From positions 64,320 to 128,319 of the forward strand of contig JADHPT010000001.1 of NCBI GenBank assembly GCA_016778305.1: a stretch of DNA of 64,000 nucleotides, read 5' to 3'. The notes below the pieces were generated by a model. It did no database searches. It had not been told where the DNA came from and saw nothing but the letters and a program-made list of their open reading frames with translations. Both the position numbers and the translations under genes were made by a program. The stretch is from Poseidonia sp. (GTDB lineage: Archaea > Thermoplasmatota > Poseidoniia > Poseidoniales > Poseidoniaceae). The number at the start of each line of letters is the position of its first letter. The first letter of the stretch is position 1. Below, piece after piece: positions 62,132-64,000 of this stretch.

Positions 62132-63706
62132 ATGATGATTATGGACGAGCGTATTGGATTCCGAAGGGAATTAACGCTCCTGTTTGTGACACTCCTTTGC
62201 CTTGCGCATCTGCCGATTCAATCGTCGAGTTCTGATGATCCTGCCATGACCAATTACTCAAATGGCTTTACCTTTGACCAATCGCATGGACTCAATACTC
62301 AGTCCTCACTTCTTCTCACCGGAGTCTCTCAACAACCCTTACGCAATACCACTTGGTCCTTGGTGAACATCAGCACTTCAACACCCATTACATTGCTCAA
62401 TGGCCCGTATCTCACGTCCGTGAGACCGGTTGGAGAAGATTCCTTCAGTTGGAGTTTAGACATCAACGTAACGGGTATTGATTGTACCTGCTTCATCAGT
62501 TTGCAGACCAATTGGCAAGAAGATGCATCCTTTGAACCGTTTTTGATTGCCTTCCTCGGTCATGCACATCACCGCCCTGTTATGCTTGAGGAACTTGGCG
62601 ATGGAAGCATGCTTGGATCCATTGAGGCCCCACCAATGGTCAGTAGCGACTCCATTGACCTTGTTTTCAATTTAATTACACCATCAGGGAATTATGACGA
62701 TCTCCAAATTGAAACCGAAATTTGTCTCGCACCCTACGGTGTTTGTCTTGAGGAACCAGCAGCAGTCACCATTCCCCATTCCTCTCAAGGGCATACGGTG
62801 ACCCTCTTGCTCAATCAATCAATGCTTTCTCTTGATGATGGTATTTGGTTCATTGACGTTTCAATAATGGATGAACTCTTACGGACGAGTGGGAAGGTTC
62901 GAAGCAGCCTGACCTTCGATTCCACTCCTCCTTCTGGGGCCATATCAGGAACGGATCGTGTCACAGAAGGAGAAGAATTTCAGTTGTATGCGGAACTTTC
63001 CGACGGTTACGAAGGAAGTAAGTTAAGCAGCATGTGGTCCCTTCATCACGAGAATGGAACTGTTCGTACAGTTGATGAATACGAATTGCTCCAATCAGGG
63101 GCGCTCCTCCTTAATCTAACAGATTCCGGTGAATATTTCGTAGAACTTTTTGTTCGTGACCAAGCCGGATATTCTGTCAAATTACGGCATAACTTTACCG
63201 TTGAAAACATCAAACCTCAAGTAATTCTTGTTGCCGACGGATTACAGATAAGCGGAGCACAACGGGTTGAAGTTGGACCCGGTAGCAACTGGACACTTGA
63301 TGGTACACTCAGTTTAGATAACGAAGCGATTGACTATCTTTGGGTCATTGATGATACCACATCCATTCGAGGTCAAGATGAATTGACGGCAGCTGACTTT
63401 GCCGGACAAGGACTTTACGAGGTTGAATTAATCGTTTTTGATGATGACGGTGCGACCGATTCAATCAAATTTGAAATTCTGATTTCTTCATCTGATGATC
63501 AGATCAGTCAAATGGTGACGCCTCTACAGGGATTTAGTTTCCTCCTGTTACTTGCCCTGGCCGTCACAATTGCGATACGGTCGACAAAAAAAGTAGATTT
63601 TGATATCCCAAAATGGAAGGCAACGGAGGATTCCCCTTCCTTAGAGAATATCCATTCCTCATACGGGTCGGATGCAACGGTTGAAGAAGACGAAGCGCGA
63701 GGGTGA
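62132..63706 (+). CDS. hypothetical cell-surface protein (524 aa) with an N-terminal signal, Ig/PKD-like beta-rich domains and a C-terminal TM helix, 4 nt downstream of the TSP3-repeat gene
   Basis: N-terminal hydrophobic LTLLFVTLLCLAHLP, C-terminal TM FSFLLLLALAVTIAI followed by a short acidic tail. Probably co-transcribed with 59044..62127. Confidence 0.6.
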   Translation: MMIMDERIGFRRELTLLFVTLLCLAHLPIQSSSSDDPAMTNYSNGFTFDQSHGLNTQSSLLLTGVSQQPLRNTTWSLVNISTSTPITLLNGPYLTSVRPVGEDSFSWSLDINVTGIDCTCFISLQTNWQEDASFEPFLIAFLGHAHHRPVMLEELGDGSMLGSIEAPPMVSSDSIDLVFNLITPSGNYDDLQIETEICLAPYGVCLEEPAAVTIPHSSQGHTVTLLLNQSMLSLDDGIWFIDVSIMDELLRTSGKVRSSLTFDSTPPSGAISGTDRVTEGEEFQLYAELSDGYEGSKLSSMWSLHHENGTVRTVDEYELLQSGALLLNLTDSGEYFVELFVRDQAGYSVKLRHNFTVENIKPQVILVADGLQISGAQRVEVGPGSNWTLDGTLSLDNEAIDYLWVIDDTTSIRGQDELTAADFAGQGLYEVELIVFDDDGATDSIKFEILISSSDDQISQMVTPLQGFSFLLLLALAVTIAIRSTKKVDFDIPKWKATEDSPSLENIHSSYGSDATVEEDEARG

Positions 63707-63709
63707 ATC

Positions 63710-64000
63710 ATGTTCGCAGAGGCGCATGCAAGGTTGCCTGACCGACCTGCACCAACGACACTTGATGAATTCCGTCTGCGCCAGCAGCGTCTTGTTTCCC
63801 AATTCCGCCATGATGATCTGCTTATCCTTTGTTCACCAACAATGGCTACACATTCAAATGACGTCCACTACCGGTATCGCACAACCAGCGACCTGCTTTA
63901 TCTTACAGGGTGGGTTGACCCTGAAGCCACGCTTGTAATGCGGTGTGTTGAAGGCACGTGGATGACCCACCTCTTTGTACAACCCAAGGATACACTCAAG
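63710..64000 (+). CDS. Xaa-Pro aminopeptidase / prolidase (M24B), N-terminal domain, 3'-partial at the window edge
   Basis: Hand translation of frame 2: MFAEAHARLPDRPAPTTLDEFRLRQQRLVSQF..LLILCSPT...DVHYRYRTTSDLLYLTGWVDPEATLVM, which is the canonical creatinase/prolidase N-terminal domain motif (FRQ.SdFyYLTGf.EP). No stop before the window end. Confidence 0.6.
   Translation, partial: MFAEAHARLPDRPAPTTLDEFRLRQQRLVSQFRHDDLLILCSPTMATHSNDVHYRYRTTSDLLYLTGWVDPEATLVMRCVEGTWMTHLFVQPKDTLK

Overview
Archaeal chromosomal window, eyeballed at about 50% GC, with a strongly acidic (D/E-rich) predicted proteome and archaeal Shine-Dalgarno-like GGAGGTGA motifs before several start codons. Most of it is core genome. 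Translation and RNA-processing genes dominate: a 23S-5S rRNA unit with no 16S anywhere in the window, aIF6, the rpoE'-spt4-S24e-S27ae cluster, adk, RNase P Rpp21, AlaRS, ValRS, RtcB, and tRNA-Ser and tRNA-Thr. Central metabolism is represented by purC, glyA, a serA-like dehydrogenase, SufS, proline dehydrogenase and two aminotransferase-type enzymes. Interleaved with these are several very large cell-surface proteins built from a secreted or extracellular domain, a single TM helix and an acidic tail. These are a membrane-anchored S8 protease with CARDB-like repeats, a 1912-aa FG-GAP protein, a thrombospondin-type-3-repeat protein pair and a 1021-aa TM+TPR protein. There is also an RND-type exporter. 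The most unusual locus is at 41.3-46.0 kb. It holds a family-B DNA polymerase whose exonuclease motifs and polymerase motif C are degenerate, a RecA/RadB-family paralog with a lysine-less Walker A, and an apparently intact Y-family DinB polymerase. No CRISPR array, transposase or integrase was seen. The lineage is uncertain: the acidic proteome is halophile-like, but nanohaloarchaea or marine Thermoplasmatota-like archaea are also possible.
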